DNA of 64,000 nucleotides from Haliotis cracherodii. Taxonomy: Eukaryota. Shown here piece after piece: positions 12,382 to 25,800 of the stretch (positions are counted from its first letter, which is position 1; each line of letters opens with the position of its first letter). The position numbers were made by a program, and so were the translations under genes. The stretch lies in assembly GCF_022045235.1 (NCBI RefSeq), contig NW_027266297.1:53072001-53136000 (forward strand). The letters run 5' to 3'. A model generated the notes under the pieces. The model did no database searches and was not told the DNA's origin. It saw only the letters and a program-made list of their open reading frames with translations.

Positions 12382-15300
12382 TCATACACAATGCATCGTC
12401 ATTCTTCCATTCTGTGCTCGAAAAGTTATTAACATTGCCAAGGGAAGCTACTCTAACCGTAGTCAATGATACGTTGCGTTTGTTTAGAGTCTGTCCTGTC
12501 ATAACGTTACGAAGTGCAATCAGATGTACAAACGGGGACAAAACGAAACAAGGTAACAATTCGGACACATTTCGACCAAGTCCAACTGTTATATTTGGGG
12601 GAAAGGTTGTCAAGCTGCAGAGGTCTACAAGCACAGACATGGACACTAATCTCGCTTGGCTAGTGTCCTCGCTAAATTGTTTCGCAGTTTATATCTCCAA
12701 AGTTACCCAAACTCTGTAAAATGCCTTAGCTAAGTCTCTCATTTTCAGTTTATAAGACTATTCTTTTGATAATGATAACAATTATCCCAGTAGTTTCTGC
12801 AGATTCCCGATGGTTCATTCTGACTCGATCACCGAATGACAATTGCTGGGCGACACCATGTTTGTTTGTAAACACTGAAAGTAGTCCTTTTCGTTTCCAA
12901 TCGTTTTTATCCGTTGGCTTCATCAAGCCGAGAAACCTGTATGATAAATATTAATGTTAGATATTTGATTAGCCACTCCATATTCTCGTGTGTATAATAA
13001 ACATTTATTTTACAGAAAATACAGCTGAGTACATGGGATGCATACACAATCCCAATTTCTGCGTACATATTGTTCACCCCTTCTTCACATTTGTTAACCG
13101 ACTGTCTCTCACATATTTTCAATGGCGCGCCTCGCTTATTACCGCGAGTATTTGTATTCTTAGTCAACTACTGCCTGCATGACAAAGGGTATTGTAGCGT
13201 CGACAATTGTTTAGGTTTTGAATTATTGATATCCCTATTTTTAAACAGACACGGATCCCATTAACACAATCAGTCTGCCATGTCGGGATATCACAAGATA
13301 GCGTATTACAATTAGTTCGTTCCTCAGTCCATCTCGCGGTAGCAAAATGTAGTTTTTCTAAAAACAAAATATAACACAAATGGATTTTATTTTTAAAAAA
13401 ATAAATTCCGTTAAACATGAACTGAATACAATACAATGAGGAGCAAGGCTTATATCCCTTGATCACACATCTCTGTCAATTTCTTTAATAATAGTTTCAC
13501 AAGGGAATATTCAATCTTGCAAATGTGAAAAGGACTTTTCAAAGAATATCACGTGGTATTGTACATGTGTAATTCAGAATGAACATGCAGCGGTGTTAGC
13601 GTTATAGATGCATGCCGTACAAGCTGCTTTCCGGTAACATCGGTACCACCAGTGTGGAAGCGACCATTACAAGAATCTTGAAGTTTCCCCCCCAAACCCA
13701 AATGTAGTGACGTTCATATTTTTGGTATGCTTTTGTGAATGGGAATGTCAATTAGTGAATTTTGAAAAGGCTCATGACTATTTTAATATATCCCAGAAGA
13801 CATTACGTTTTGTTTATTTACTCAAATTGGTTCAAGATTGCAGACTGATGGAAAACACCCAACCTCTCCCTAGCATTCTCACAATACCATGACATAATAG
13901 CTGAAATGAAATAGAAATCCAAATTGACAAACAGAGAAATAATTTAGCTGGGGAAAGAGTATTCGGTATCACGACAGCCATTACTTGTTTGTAAACGTAA
14001 CGGTCAGTTGGTTGCGTCCGTCTGTCACAGAGCTGTGACTGGTGACAGCGATAACATAGAGGGCTCCGCGAACGGCCTATCGCTGTGGGGAGCTTGTATG
14101 CAGTATCACAAAGGGACAGCACTCTCAGGTTACTGCCATTATAAAATTGTAGCTCTTTTAAACAAATGATTCGAAATTGAAAGAAGATATTATTCATACG
14201 TACATTTTAATATCTCATCGAGTAAATGATGTCTATGCCCTCTCATTCAACAATGGTATACTTTCATACTAATAGAATTTGGATTTATTTAATTTTTTAT
14301 ACTTAAGTAAAGTAGCCTCCATACATGTGCTAAACTTGACAACTTTATTGTATTAATGTGATACATCATGTGATTGAAGGTTGAGGTGTAGTGGGGTAGG
14401 TCATCTTGTGGTTAAAGGGTTCGCCACGCCCAACACCCGGAGCACAGAGTTTGTCAACGGGACACACACCTGTAGTGTGAAGTCCATGCTTGGTGGTCCT
14501 CCTCGTGAACACCATGCGCTTAGCTTGTTTCTCCATCATCACAATGGACTATCCCATGTACGGTAACATTTCACAAGGTTGTTCATTCACTCTTACAGCC
14601 GGACGTCACACGTCGGGAACGATTACCAGATGATATTTGTGAGGCGCTTCAGTTAATTTACAGTCATTTGGAAAATCCCCTAGTTCAAGCCGGGACTAGA
14701 TTTGACCCGTCGACCTCTCTAGCACATGATTGTCATGTTTTCAAAATATTTAGAATAAACTTCTGAATAAGTAACTACATGTATATAATACTAACAAGAA
14801 TTAAACATAGTTGAACAGTTAACGCTCATAAATTGTGCGGGGGTGAGAATCTTCCGCGGATTTTAGTGACCGAAACATTTGTTAAAATCTCGTGTATCTC
14901 ATGGCTTTTCCCCCAAACACCCCCAAATTATGGACCACCTTCCACTACAAAGGAGTTTGCCGAAGGGAATTAGCAATCCAGTTTTTAAGTATATGATTTT
15001 TTTTATTCCCTCAATTTACGAAGCTGCCTGGCAAAAGTGTACACTTCAAAATTGGATTTGACCCCAAAATCAAAACGTTACCACCCTGAAAACAGTCGCC
15101 GAAACACTGCAAACTAAGTGGTAAAACACTACTTTGATATCCGTATGAAATACAACATCACCGAATAACCACTTCTTGTTTGCTTCAATCTGGGCCACCA
15201 TCAAATACACGCCGGTGTAGACTTTCTTTTGCCCGCCAGTTGATATGTTGCAGCGGTTTGGATACAACGAAAGGAACGAGGTTACGGAGGTGAACCAAGA

Positions 15301-15809
15301 GTCTCATGATATAAGGCTAAAAAAGACAAGAAATAAGTAAATGTTTCTCGGGTATCGGTATGTCACTTCTGTGCGTCAGTCATTCTTATTGCCAAAAGAA
15401 ATACAATCCCGCGGCACAATTTACGGCGCCGTATGAAGCAGACTTATCCGTACAATGAAATGTTGACAACGGAGATTACATTAGAATGCCGAGTTCAATA
15501 GATGCACAGTTGTATGTGTTTTGGTATATTTTGTGGGAAAAAATGAAACGTGTTGCTTCCGCATCACTTTTAAAAAAGCGGCAAAACAAATAAAATATAG
15601 TCTTACGGCCCTCGTCAGTCCCGACATGTTCAGTACAAATGTACCCGAGAAACATTTTAATATTTATTATGCAGCCTAAAGGTTCCAATGTATCATACGT
15701 AGATTATCAGTAAATCTATCATAGCGGTCCATTATGATTACAGGTATGCAATGAATTTGCAATGTGTATACTTGAGACGATCGTGCACGTTTACAAATCG
15801 TCATTAACG

Positions 15810-18800
15810 TCATCAGGTGCCTCACACTGTCGGTACACGATGACATACATGCAGTCAGGTGACTCACAACGTTGGTACACGATGACATATATGCAGTCAG
15901 GTGACTCACACAATTGAGGCACGATGACATATATGCAGTCAGTTGACTCACACAATTGGGGCACGATGACATACATGCAGTCAGGTGACTCACACAATTG
16001 AGGCACGATGAAATACATGCAGTCAGGTGACTCACACTGTTGGGGCACGATTACATATATGCAGTCAGTTGACTCACACAATTGGGGCACGATGACATAC
16101 ATGCAGTCAGGTGACTCACACAGTTGGGGCACGATGACATACATGCAGTCAGGTGACTCACACAATTGGGGCACGATGACATACATGCCGTCAGGTGACT
16201 CACAACGTTGGTACACGATGACATATATGCAGTCAGGTGACTCACACAATTGAGGCACGATGACATATATGCAGTCAGTTGACTCACACAATTGGGGCAC
16301 GATGACATACATTGAGTCAGGTGACTCACACAATTGGGGCACGATGACATATATGCAGTCAGGTGACTCACACTGTCGGTACACGATGACATACATGCAG
16401 TCAGGTGACTCACACATTTGGGGCACGATGACATATATGCAGTCAGTTGACTCACACAATTGGGGCACGATGACATACATGCAGTCAGGTGACTCACACC
16501 ATTGAGGCACGATGACATATATGCAGTCAGTTGACTCACACCATTGAGGCACGATGACATACATTGAGTCAGGTGACTCACACCATTGAGGCACGATGAC
16601 ATACATTGAGTCAGGTGACTCACACCATTGAGGCACGATGACATATATGCAGTCAGTTGACTCACACAATTGGGGCACAATGACATACATTGAGTCAGGT
16701 GACTCACACAATTGAGGCACGATGACATACACGCAGTCAGGGGACTCACACCATTGAGGCACGATGACATACACGCAGTCAGGGGACTCACACCATTGAG
16801 GCACGATGACATACACGCAGTCAGGAGACTCACACCGTTGGGGCACGATGACATACATGCAGGCAGGTGACTCACACCATTGGGGCATGATGACATACAC
16901 GCAGTCAGGGGACTCACACCATTGAGGCACGATGACATACACGCAGTCAGGGGACTCACACCATTGAGGCACGATGACATACACGCAGTCAGGAGACTCA
17001 CACCATTGGGGCACGATGACATACACGCAGTCAGGAGACTCACACCATTGAGGCACGATGACATACACGCAGTCAGGAGATTCACACCGTTGGGGCACGA
17101 TGACATACACGCAGTCAGGAGATTCACACCGTTGGGGCACGATGACATACATGCAGTCAGGTGACTCACACCATTTGGGCACGATGACAAACACGTCGTC
17201 AGGTGACTCACACTGTTGGTACACGATGACATATATGGAGTAAGATGACTCACACCGGTGAGGCACGATAACATACCCGCTGTCAGGTGACTCACACCGT
17301 TGGGGCACGATGACATACATGCAGTCAGGTGACTCACACTGTTGGGGCACGATGACATACATGCAGTCAGGTGACTCACACCGTTGGGGCACGATGACAT
17401 ACATGCAGTCAGGTGACTCACACTGTTGGGGCACGATGACATACATGCAGTCAGGTGACTCACACCGTTGGGGCACGATGACATACATGCAGTCAGGTGA
17501 CTCACACCGTTGGGGCACGATGACATACATGCAGTCAGGTGACTCACACTATTGGGGCACGATGACATACATGCAGTCAGATGACTCACACCGTTGGGGC
17601 ACGATGACATACATGCAGGCAGGTGACTCACACTGTTGGGGCACGATGACATACATGCAGTCAGGTGACTCACACTGTTGGGGCACGATGACATACATGC
17701 TGTCAGGTGACTCACACCGTTAGGGAACGATGACATACATGCAGTCAGATGACTCACACTGTTGGGGCACGATGACATATATGGAGTCTGGTGACTCACA
17801 CTGTTGGGGAACGATGACATACATGCAGTCAGGTGACTCACACCGTTAGGGCACGATGACATACATGCAGTCAGGTGACTCACACTGTTGGTAAACGATG
17901 ACATACATGCAGTCAGGTGACTCACACTGTTGGTAAACGATGACATATATGGAGTAAGATGACTCACACTGGTGAGGCACGATAACATGCACGCAGTCAG
18001 ATGACTCACACTGTTGGTACACGATGGCATACATGCAGTCAGGTGACTCACACTGTTGGTACACGATGACATACATAAAGTCAAGTGACTCCCACTGTCG
18101 GAACACGATGTCATATACGCAGTCTGGTGAATCACACCGTTGGGACACGATGATAAACACGTCGTCAGGTGGCTGTCACTGTTGGTACACGATGACATAC
18201 ACGTCCTCAGGGAACGATGACATACAGGTCGTCAAGTGACTCACACTGTTGGTACACGATGACATACACGCAGTCAGGGGACGATGACATACAGGTCGTC
18301 AGGTGTCTCACACTGTTGGTACACGATGACATAACGTCGTCAGGTGGCTCACACTGTCGGTGCACGATGACATACACGTCGTCAGGTGGCTCACACTGTT
18401 GGTACACGATGACATACATGCAGACAGGGGACGATGACATACACGTCGTCAGGTGGCTCACACTGTCGGTGCACGATGACATAACGTCGTCAGGTGGCTC
18501 ACACTGTTGGTACACGATGACATACATGCAGACATGGGACGATGACATACACGTCGTCAGGTGGCTCACACTGTCGGTGCACGATGATATACACGTCGTC
18601 AGGTGGCTGTCACTGTTGATACACGATGACATACACGCAGTCAGGGGACGATGACGTACACGTCGTCAGGCGGCTCACACTGTTGGTACACGATGACATA
18701 CACTCAGTCAGGGGACGATGAAATGCACGCAGTCAGGGGACGATGACATACACGCAGTCATGTGGCTCAAACTGTTGGTACACGATGACATACATGCAGT

Positions 18801-18910
18801 CAGGGGACGATGACGTACACGTCGTCAGGTGGCTCACACTGTTGGTACACGATGACATACACGCAGTCAGGGGACGATGACATACACGCAGTCAGGGGAC
18901 GATGACATAC
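15810..18910. repeat. 42-bp minisatellite (~57 regular units, decaying into mixed 42/24-bp units after ~18200)
   Basis: Unit gcagtcaggtgactcacaccgttggggcacgatgacatacat; explains the 14-aa periodic ORFs. Confidence 0.97.
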
Positions 18911-18919
18911 ATTCAAACT

Positions 18920-19254
18920 TTACCGCCACTGTTGTCTGCCCAGAAAGAGGAAGGTCGGGGGTTTGATCTACGGACACGTCATACAAAAAAGGCGGTAACG
19001 TGGTACTAGTTGTTACCCTGACTGGCTCTTGGCATTGAGGGGCTAAACAAGGACTGGTCGGCTTTGAGTCAGTATGCTGTGTCTGAGTGAGGGTATTCAT
19101 GTTCAACTGCAACGTGATATCTCAGTGGGCTAACACTAGTCCGGACTAGTACACGCAACCACACACACGCGCATGCATGTCGTTATATAAGTGAAATAAT
19201 CTATAACTCCACGTTAAACCCCATTCATCTCACCTCACCTCACCCCACCTCACC
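18920..19254 (+). mobile_element. tRNA-derived SINE (family B)
   Basis: Core acaaggactggtcggc..gagtcagtatgctgtgtctgagt..tattcatgtt and (ctcac)n tail; other copies at ~5712, 27685-27885 (-) and 60245-60455. Confidence 0.75.
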
Positions 19255-20219
19255 AAATATTAAAACTTAGCATGTCATATCTTGCACTGCATATTTTCAC
19301 ACATACCTACCGATCAATGTAATTGTTAAGATTCTGTATCACAGTTTTGAAAAAGGAAAGAAATTCCACCCAACACCCTTTCACAAGACCAGTATGTCAT
19401 CATTTTGGATTTTGTATGAAGACCAGATACTTTTTTCAGCTATAGCCGCAAAACCAGATATTTTGTACAAATAAAACTGTGAGCCTAGATATATTTTAAA
19501 AAACCTATTGCAAGAGTGTATTCTTCGTAGCAAACAATTTTATTTTTTTCCAACAATCTGAGGCATAATTATTCGGGGACATTATTTTCGGGGACAATTG
19601 TTTTTTCGATCCAATCCCAGCTCCTCCCATCCCCTCCAGAATAACATGTCGCCGGTTCCTTATGACTGGATAATACTTCCCCTGTGTAAGTGGAACACTC
19701 TTTGTTCGGTCGAAAGGAAACACAACCGTAGTACGCCCATTTATTCCCTACAGTCTAATGGTTCATTCGCTGATAAGATGTGTCCACGAATCATCAGTAC
19801 CACTGTATATTACTTTACCTCTGTCGCAGAAACCTACCCACGTGTATTCGTCAACGTCTGTGCGCGCATTACTACAATGTGCACGCAACCGTCGATCGTG
19901 GGTTGGGTATTTACACACTTGGGTTCGTACAATAGTCTTGTCCGACTACGTCGGCGGGCCGGCGGGAACAGTAAACAGACACAAACAGTTCAATATAATC
20001 CCCAAATGAAATGTGACACATTATCGCGATTCTTTAATCAAGACGTACCATGCTTGTGAGACATTCTCTTTTTCAATGACCACAATCCTTACTTAGTATG
20101 TGTGTTGAAGGCGAATAAAGCTGAACATGTCTTAGCATACATTTGCATGGTTTGATATAATTAGACATCGAAATTGTGTGACATGGTATTTAAAAAAAAT
20201 CAAAAGCGACGAACGTCGA

Positions 20220-20645
20220 TAGGGCTGGGACGGGTAACTCGGGTTCTCGGGTAGAGCGGGTACTGAGTAGGACCCGGGTAGTCCTGTGGGTACCCGGGTC
20301 CTACTCAGTACCCGCCCGACCTGAGTCCCGCTCTTGTCACGTGACATATTGATTAATGACAAAAAATATCTAAAACTCTATGGTTACACTAAAAGTCACC
20401 GATGTTCGCATTTCTTTCTTACAATGCACCCATTCCTTCTGATCTTTATAGGTTTGAATAAAGATAAAACTTCAGTCAACTTCAGTGTATGCATGACCAC
20501 ACCACATTTTATCAGGGCTACAGTCAAACTAATCCCAATCGGACATTTTACACCAAGTCTTGAGACATATAGTGGGTATCCGGGTAGGGTCGGGTAATAG
20601 CGTGGTGGGTACCCGGGTAGTAAATTTGGACTCGTCCCAACCCTA
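20220..20645 (+). mobile_element. hAT-type MITE
   Basis: TIRs tagggctgggacg / cgtcccaacccta; degenerate 8-bp TSD aacgtcga/aacgacaa; subterminal acccg repeats. Confidence 0.85.
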
Positions 20646-21099
20646 AACGACAATCTATCAAGCGAGACTGGACGTTCCATTAACGCAAGAACGTTTACTA
20701 ACTAACTAAAGGATATTTTCTTTATTACGATTTATAACAAGCTTATGTTTTAGTTTAAACATTAAAAGTAATTAAATTGGAGTCAACATTTCCGCTTGTT
20801 CTTTACAATCCTTCTTGATTTCGATGTTGTGTAAGATCATAATAGATTTACGCGAACAGGAGAAAAATATATGTATGGATAAATTAAAACATTTAAATAT
20901 CTCTCGAATAACCTTCTTCGTGTTCTGCTTAACACAAATGCCCATATTTTCTGTAATTCAGTATTTGAATTGACATATAAAAGAAGTTTCAACTTTGCTA
21001 ATTTAACTGATCCCAATATGTGTGTGTCAATATCATTTAATTTGGTCATTCCATGTCATAATTACCAAGTAGCAGAAATGAGGTTTTATTATTATTGTA

Positions 21100-21800
21100 T
21101 TATTCCTACGTTCATGAATGTGGCGAAAGTGGTATCATGGTTTGGGGGCCATTGGTGGGGAAAAGAAGACCTCTGGGTTACCATTCAGGGAAATATGACA
21201 ACCCACAGGTACACACGTGTAGTCTTACAATCAGAGGTCCTCTCTTTCCGGCAACAGCAGCGACAGGGGTTCATTTTCAAACAGGCCACCGTCAGAATCT
21301 CCACGGACGTTTTCAAGGACCGCCATAACATTGACCTACTGCCATGACCAGCTTCTTCTCTTTACTTATCCAGCATCGAACATCTTTGGGGTGACAACTC
21401 AGACGTCGACCACAACAGCCAGTCAACGTCCAGCAGCTGGAACAAGCTCAACAGGACGAGTGGAGACGGATCCCCAATGATGTCACCCGGCTGTTTGCGC
21501 TTACCTTTGGAAGACGGGTTCTGGCTTGCATCGATACTTATGGAGGTCAGGCCAGATACTGAGTGTGCAGCCATCGACGGTTGTGATGTACTGTTGGCTT
21601 TCAGTGACAGGGTCGTGATTACCGTTTCAGTGTAAATCTGTACCATGTGTGTGACTGCACTTCACTCTTGTAACACTGATGCTATAGTGATTTTTTTGGC
21701 ATGAACTATTCTGAAAGATTGATACACATCTGATATGAGCTGAAAACATTTTGTTGCTTTTGATTTAGAAAGATGTGTACGTTCTTTTGTACTTCAGTTA
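21100..21800 (+). mobile_element. Tc1-family transposon remnant (3' part)
   Basis: Frameshifted motifs GIMVWG, FIFKQ, LLP*PASS..LSSIEHLW, and a GGQARY* end. Confidence 0.8.
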
Positions 21801-22808
21801 ATTTTTAGATACTCGATACCTGATTACATATGGACAGGGCGAGGTTAATGATACGAGTTTCTATTAAAATTGCACAAATAGTCGAGAAGAAGGCCGAGGA
21901 ATGATTTATGTGAGGGTAAAATGGGGCTATTATTTCAGATTTTGTAAAACAAACGGTTTTTTCTCATCAAAACTCATAACAAAACGACACCCTCGGGGTT
22001 CGAATCGTGCGACAACAGACGATCAGCTATTCACACATGGGACCGCCCAATCGCTTGTAGTTGCCTCCTAGGACATGTATTGGGCATCGAAGGGGAAGGC
22101 GAGTACTTTCATTACTTATGTACACTGGGATACATCACCATAAATAGAATGTCAGGTGTCGAATTACGAAAGAAATAATTTCACACCAAGTCTTCGGCGC
22201 TAATGAATGGATGAATGAATGAATGAATGAATGAATTTGTACACAAATCTATGAACTATGAATATTATGATAAAGTAAGTTTGTATTTGAATACACAAAA
22301 CAAAGAATAAATTACAAACACTGCCCTCTGAAAAAAGATATCTTAATACACATGGAGTTTCATTTTCCTGTAAAACCACACCCGAACCCCGAAGCCGCTT
22401 CTCAGCTGGCATGTTTAAGGAGATGTTGGCCTAAAGGAAATATTCATAGACTAGTCGGAGCACATCTTTTCGCTTGCTGGTTATTTACAGAGGGAGACCT
22501 TCATTTCCTTCAGTTTACATGATGAGGTCACAAGTAGGGTTTGGTCCATCGTCATATGTACCCCAGTGTAACACACCCTCAAAGCATCAGTGTACAGAGG
22601 AACGAGAGGAGGCGGACGGGATTCAGAGAGCTCAATGACTCCAGTGTACAGCAACAAACACGACTCGGTCTCAATATAGCGACAGGGCTAATTACTCGAC
22701 CCACATGTGGTCATGAAGTGTTTGCACTGCATATTTGGTTAGTGTGTCTCTCCCCACCCATCCCATGATACTTTAAGACGAGTAACGAACACTATCCATT
22801 GGGTTTGG

Positions 22809-22816
22809 ATATATAG
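22809..22816 (+). promoter_or_regulatory. Candidate TATA box of the SVWC gene
   Basis: atatatag about 60 bp upstream of the ATG at 22875. Confidence 0.45.
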
Positions 22817-22874
22817 TCTGTCCAAGTCACATTGTTTCCTTACTTCACAATTTCACCTCCTGAACACAAGCACG

Positions 22875-25800
22875 ATGTTGAAGACTATAGTTTTGTTACT
22901 TTGTGTTGCGGGGATTCAGGGAGCTACGTATGCGAGACGCTTCATCCCAGGTATTTGTTTGCAGGGTGTTACATCTCATATTATTTCTGAAGTAATGATA
23001 TACATTTACATGTCCATATTACCGCTGAGTGTAAAGGTGATGGGAAACTACACAGATTCGGCACGTGAAGTGGGTATGATACATATACTATTTTGTCACA
23101 CGTAATTAGCTGTGTAGAAAATAGCGTATTTTATTATGTATATATTGATGAATATTATTTGAATCAGATGATAAGTAATCAATATTTAATACGAGTGAAT
23201 ATTACACTTAATGTGCCTGAAATAGGTGATAGGTTCACACATTCATGAATGTTAACTCGATTAGATAGACATCTTATTACACACGTTCAGCCAAATAACC
23301 TGATAGTATTGAAACCTCTCCAGAAAGTAATAGTCAACAGTATTGTAATTAGGGCTTGGACGAGTCCAAATTTACTACCCGGGTACCGGATTCCCTATTA
23401 CCCGACCCTACCCGGGTACCCAATGCAGGTCTCAAGAGCTGGGAACAAAATATCTGATTGGGAATTGTTTTAGATACATGTATGAAACGATCAGTACATT
23501 GAAGTTGACTGAAGCTTTATCTTTACTCAGGCATATACAAGTCAAAGGAATGTGTGCATCGTCAGAAAGAAATGCGAACATTAGCGACTTGTGGTGTGAT
23601 CACTGAGCTATAGTGAGTTTTTATCATCAAACAATATATCACGTGACTAACCACGGGTCCGGGTAGTCCTGTGGGTACCCGGGTCCTACTCAGGACCCAC
23701 CCGCCCCGAGTACCCGAGTTACCCGTCCAAGCCCTAATTGTAACTTAATTAACTTGTACGTCATAAGTGTATAATGTCAACAGTAGCGTCTGTATTACCT
23801 CAACAATGGCCCGACGAATCACTATACCAATGTGCTTCATATGGACTAACTAGGGTATCTTGAACCGTATCGATCACAAATGAGCTTGTGTTTTCGGATT
23901 TACGATGATATTGAACATTAGATGACCGGTAATTTTGCTTATCGACAGTGAAAATACGAAAGTTATGGTTCATTTGTCGTGGGACTATCTCTCCACGCCT
24001 TCAACTTTAACGTCTTCATCTATAGAGTTTAAATTTTTTAAAAATAAATAATGTTTGTATTTCAGTGATAACCAATTGTTCATGGTATATAGGTTTGGCA
24101 TATCGAGACATTTTGTGGTGTATATAGAGAATCTCACCAGAGTGTCTTTTGATATCAAATATATCAACAAGAGTTGATAAAAGTGGAAAAAGTACGAAGC
24201 TTGCCGAGTGTTGATATATTTAATATCAAAGGAGACAAGGGTGAGATTTTCTTTATCATTCAACATCATTCTTCCACCTTTTTCACTTTGTAGACAGAAA
24301 TAAGCAGTGTCTTAAGTTTAAAAAAGTACTGCTAACAATTTCAGTAGCAGAGCCATTAGTGATGTAATTTGATTGTGACATAATGGTAACCGATGACGTC
24401 ACAATGGTCTGCAAAGCATTTTGATGCAATTTCATTGCAGCGATATCTACAATGTAGATATCGCTTGATCTCACCTAAGCGATATCTCCTATTATTATGC
24501 CTCAAAGTGGGACTGACCAATCAGAGCATAACTACTGAACCCACATGAGCCCGTATACCGTCAGTAAAAATCCAAGATGGTTGTTACTGACTAAATATGA
24601 GACCGTATACCGTCAGTAACAGCCATTTTGAATTTTCCAACACCCCCCTCACATATTTCACATGGAAATTCTGGTACAAAAATTCGTTATTCGACACTGT
24701 TTTGTGTTTAATATCATTAATCGTGATGAGCAAAGACATTATTTATCAAAGAAATCATGTTCGTGACTTTATTTATAACAAATATTAAAAAGGTTACAAC
24801 GGAGGTCACTGAGTTACAAATAGCAACGTCATAGAACATACTATAGGGTGACGTCACAAACAAGAAACGTGACGCCAATGAGGTCACATAGCAATAGAAT
24901 AGATAGTAGCCCGTCGTTAGGGGAAATCGGACTGCTATCAAGTTACAGTGGCCCGCAGATTTCCGTTAACATGCGGGCATTTCTATGATTATTCTATCCA
25001 TTTCAGCTATAATACTTTAAACGTATATGGCTGTGAACAGATTAAATACATCCAGGATAAGGTATATGGATGTGAACAGATTAAATACATCCAGGATAAG
25101 GTATATGGCTGTGTAAAGATTAAATACATCCAGGATAAGGTATATGGTTGTGAACAGATTAGATACATCCAGGATAAGGTATATGGCTGTGAACAGATTA
25201 AATACATCCAGGATAAGGTATATGACTGTGATCAAATTAAATATATCCAGGATAAGGTATAAGGTTGTGAACAGATTAAATACATCCAAGATAAGGTATA
25301 TGGCTGTGAACAGATTAAATACATCCAGGATAAGGTATATGGCTGTGAATAGATTAAATACATCAATGATAAGGTATATGGATGTGAACAGATTAAATAC
25401 ATCCAGGATAAGGTATATGGCTGTGTACAGATTAAATACATCCAGGATAAGGTATATGGTTGTGAACAGATTAAATACATCCAGGATAAGGTATATGACT
25501 GTGATCAAATTAAATACATCCAGGATAAGGTATAAGGTTGTGAACAGATTAAATACATCCAAGATAAGGTATATGGCTGTGAACAGATTAACTACATCCA
25601 AGATAAGGTATATGGCTTTGAACAGATTAAATACATCCAAGATAAGGTATAAGGTTGTGAACAGATTAAATACATCCAGGATAAGGTATATGGTTGTGAA
25701 CAGATTAAATACATCCATGATAAGGTATATGGTTGTGAACAGATTAAATACATCCAAGATAAGGTATATGGCTGTGAACAGATTAAATACATCCAGGATA

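Noticed and set aside
12225-13466. Several 60-160-aa ORFs
   Set aside because: No recognisable motifs or splice logic, and one spans a hairpin repeat.
15791-18198. 579-aa and 715-aa Cys-rich ORFs
   Set aside because: Products of a 42-bp (multiple of 3) minisatellite that is open in several frames on both strands; no signal peptide or unique domain.
19598-20059. 153-aa ORF
   Set aside because: Non-ATG start and no recognisable domain.
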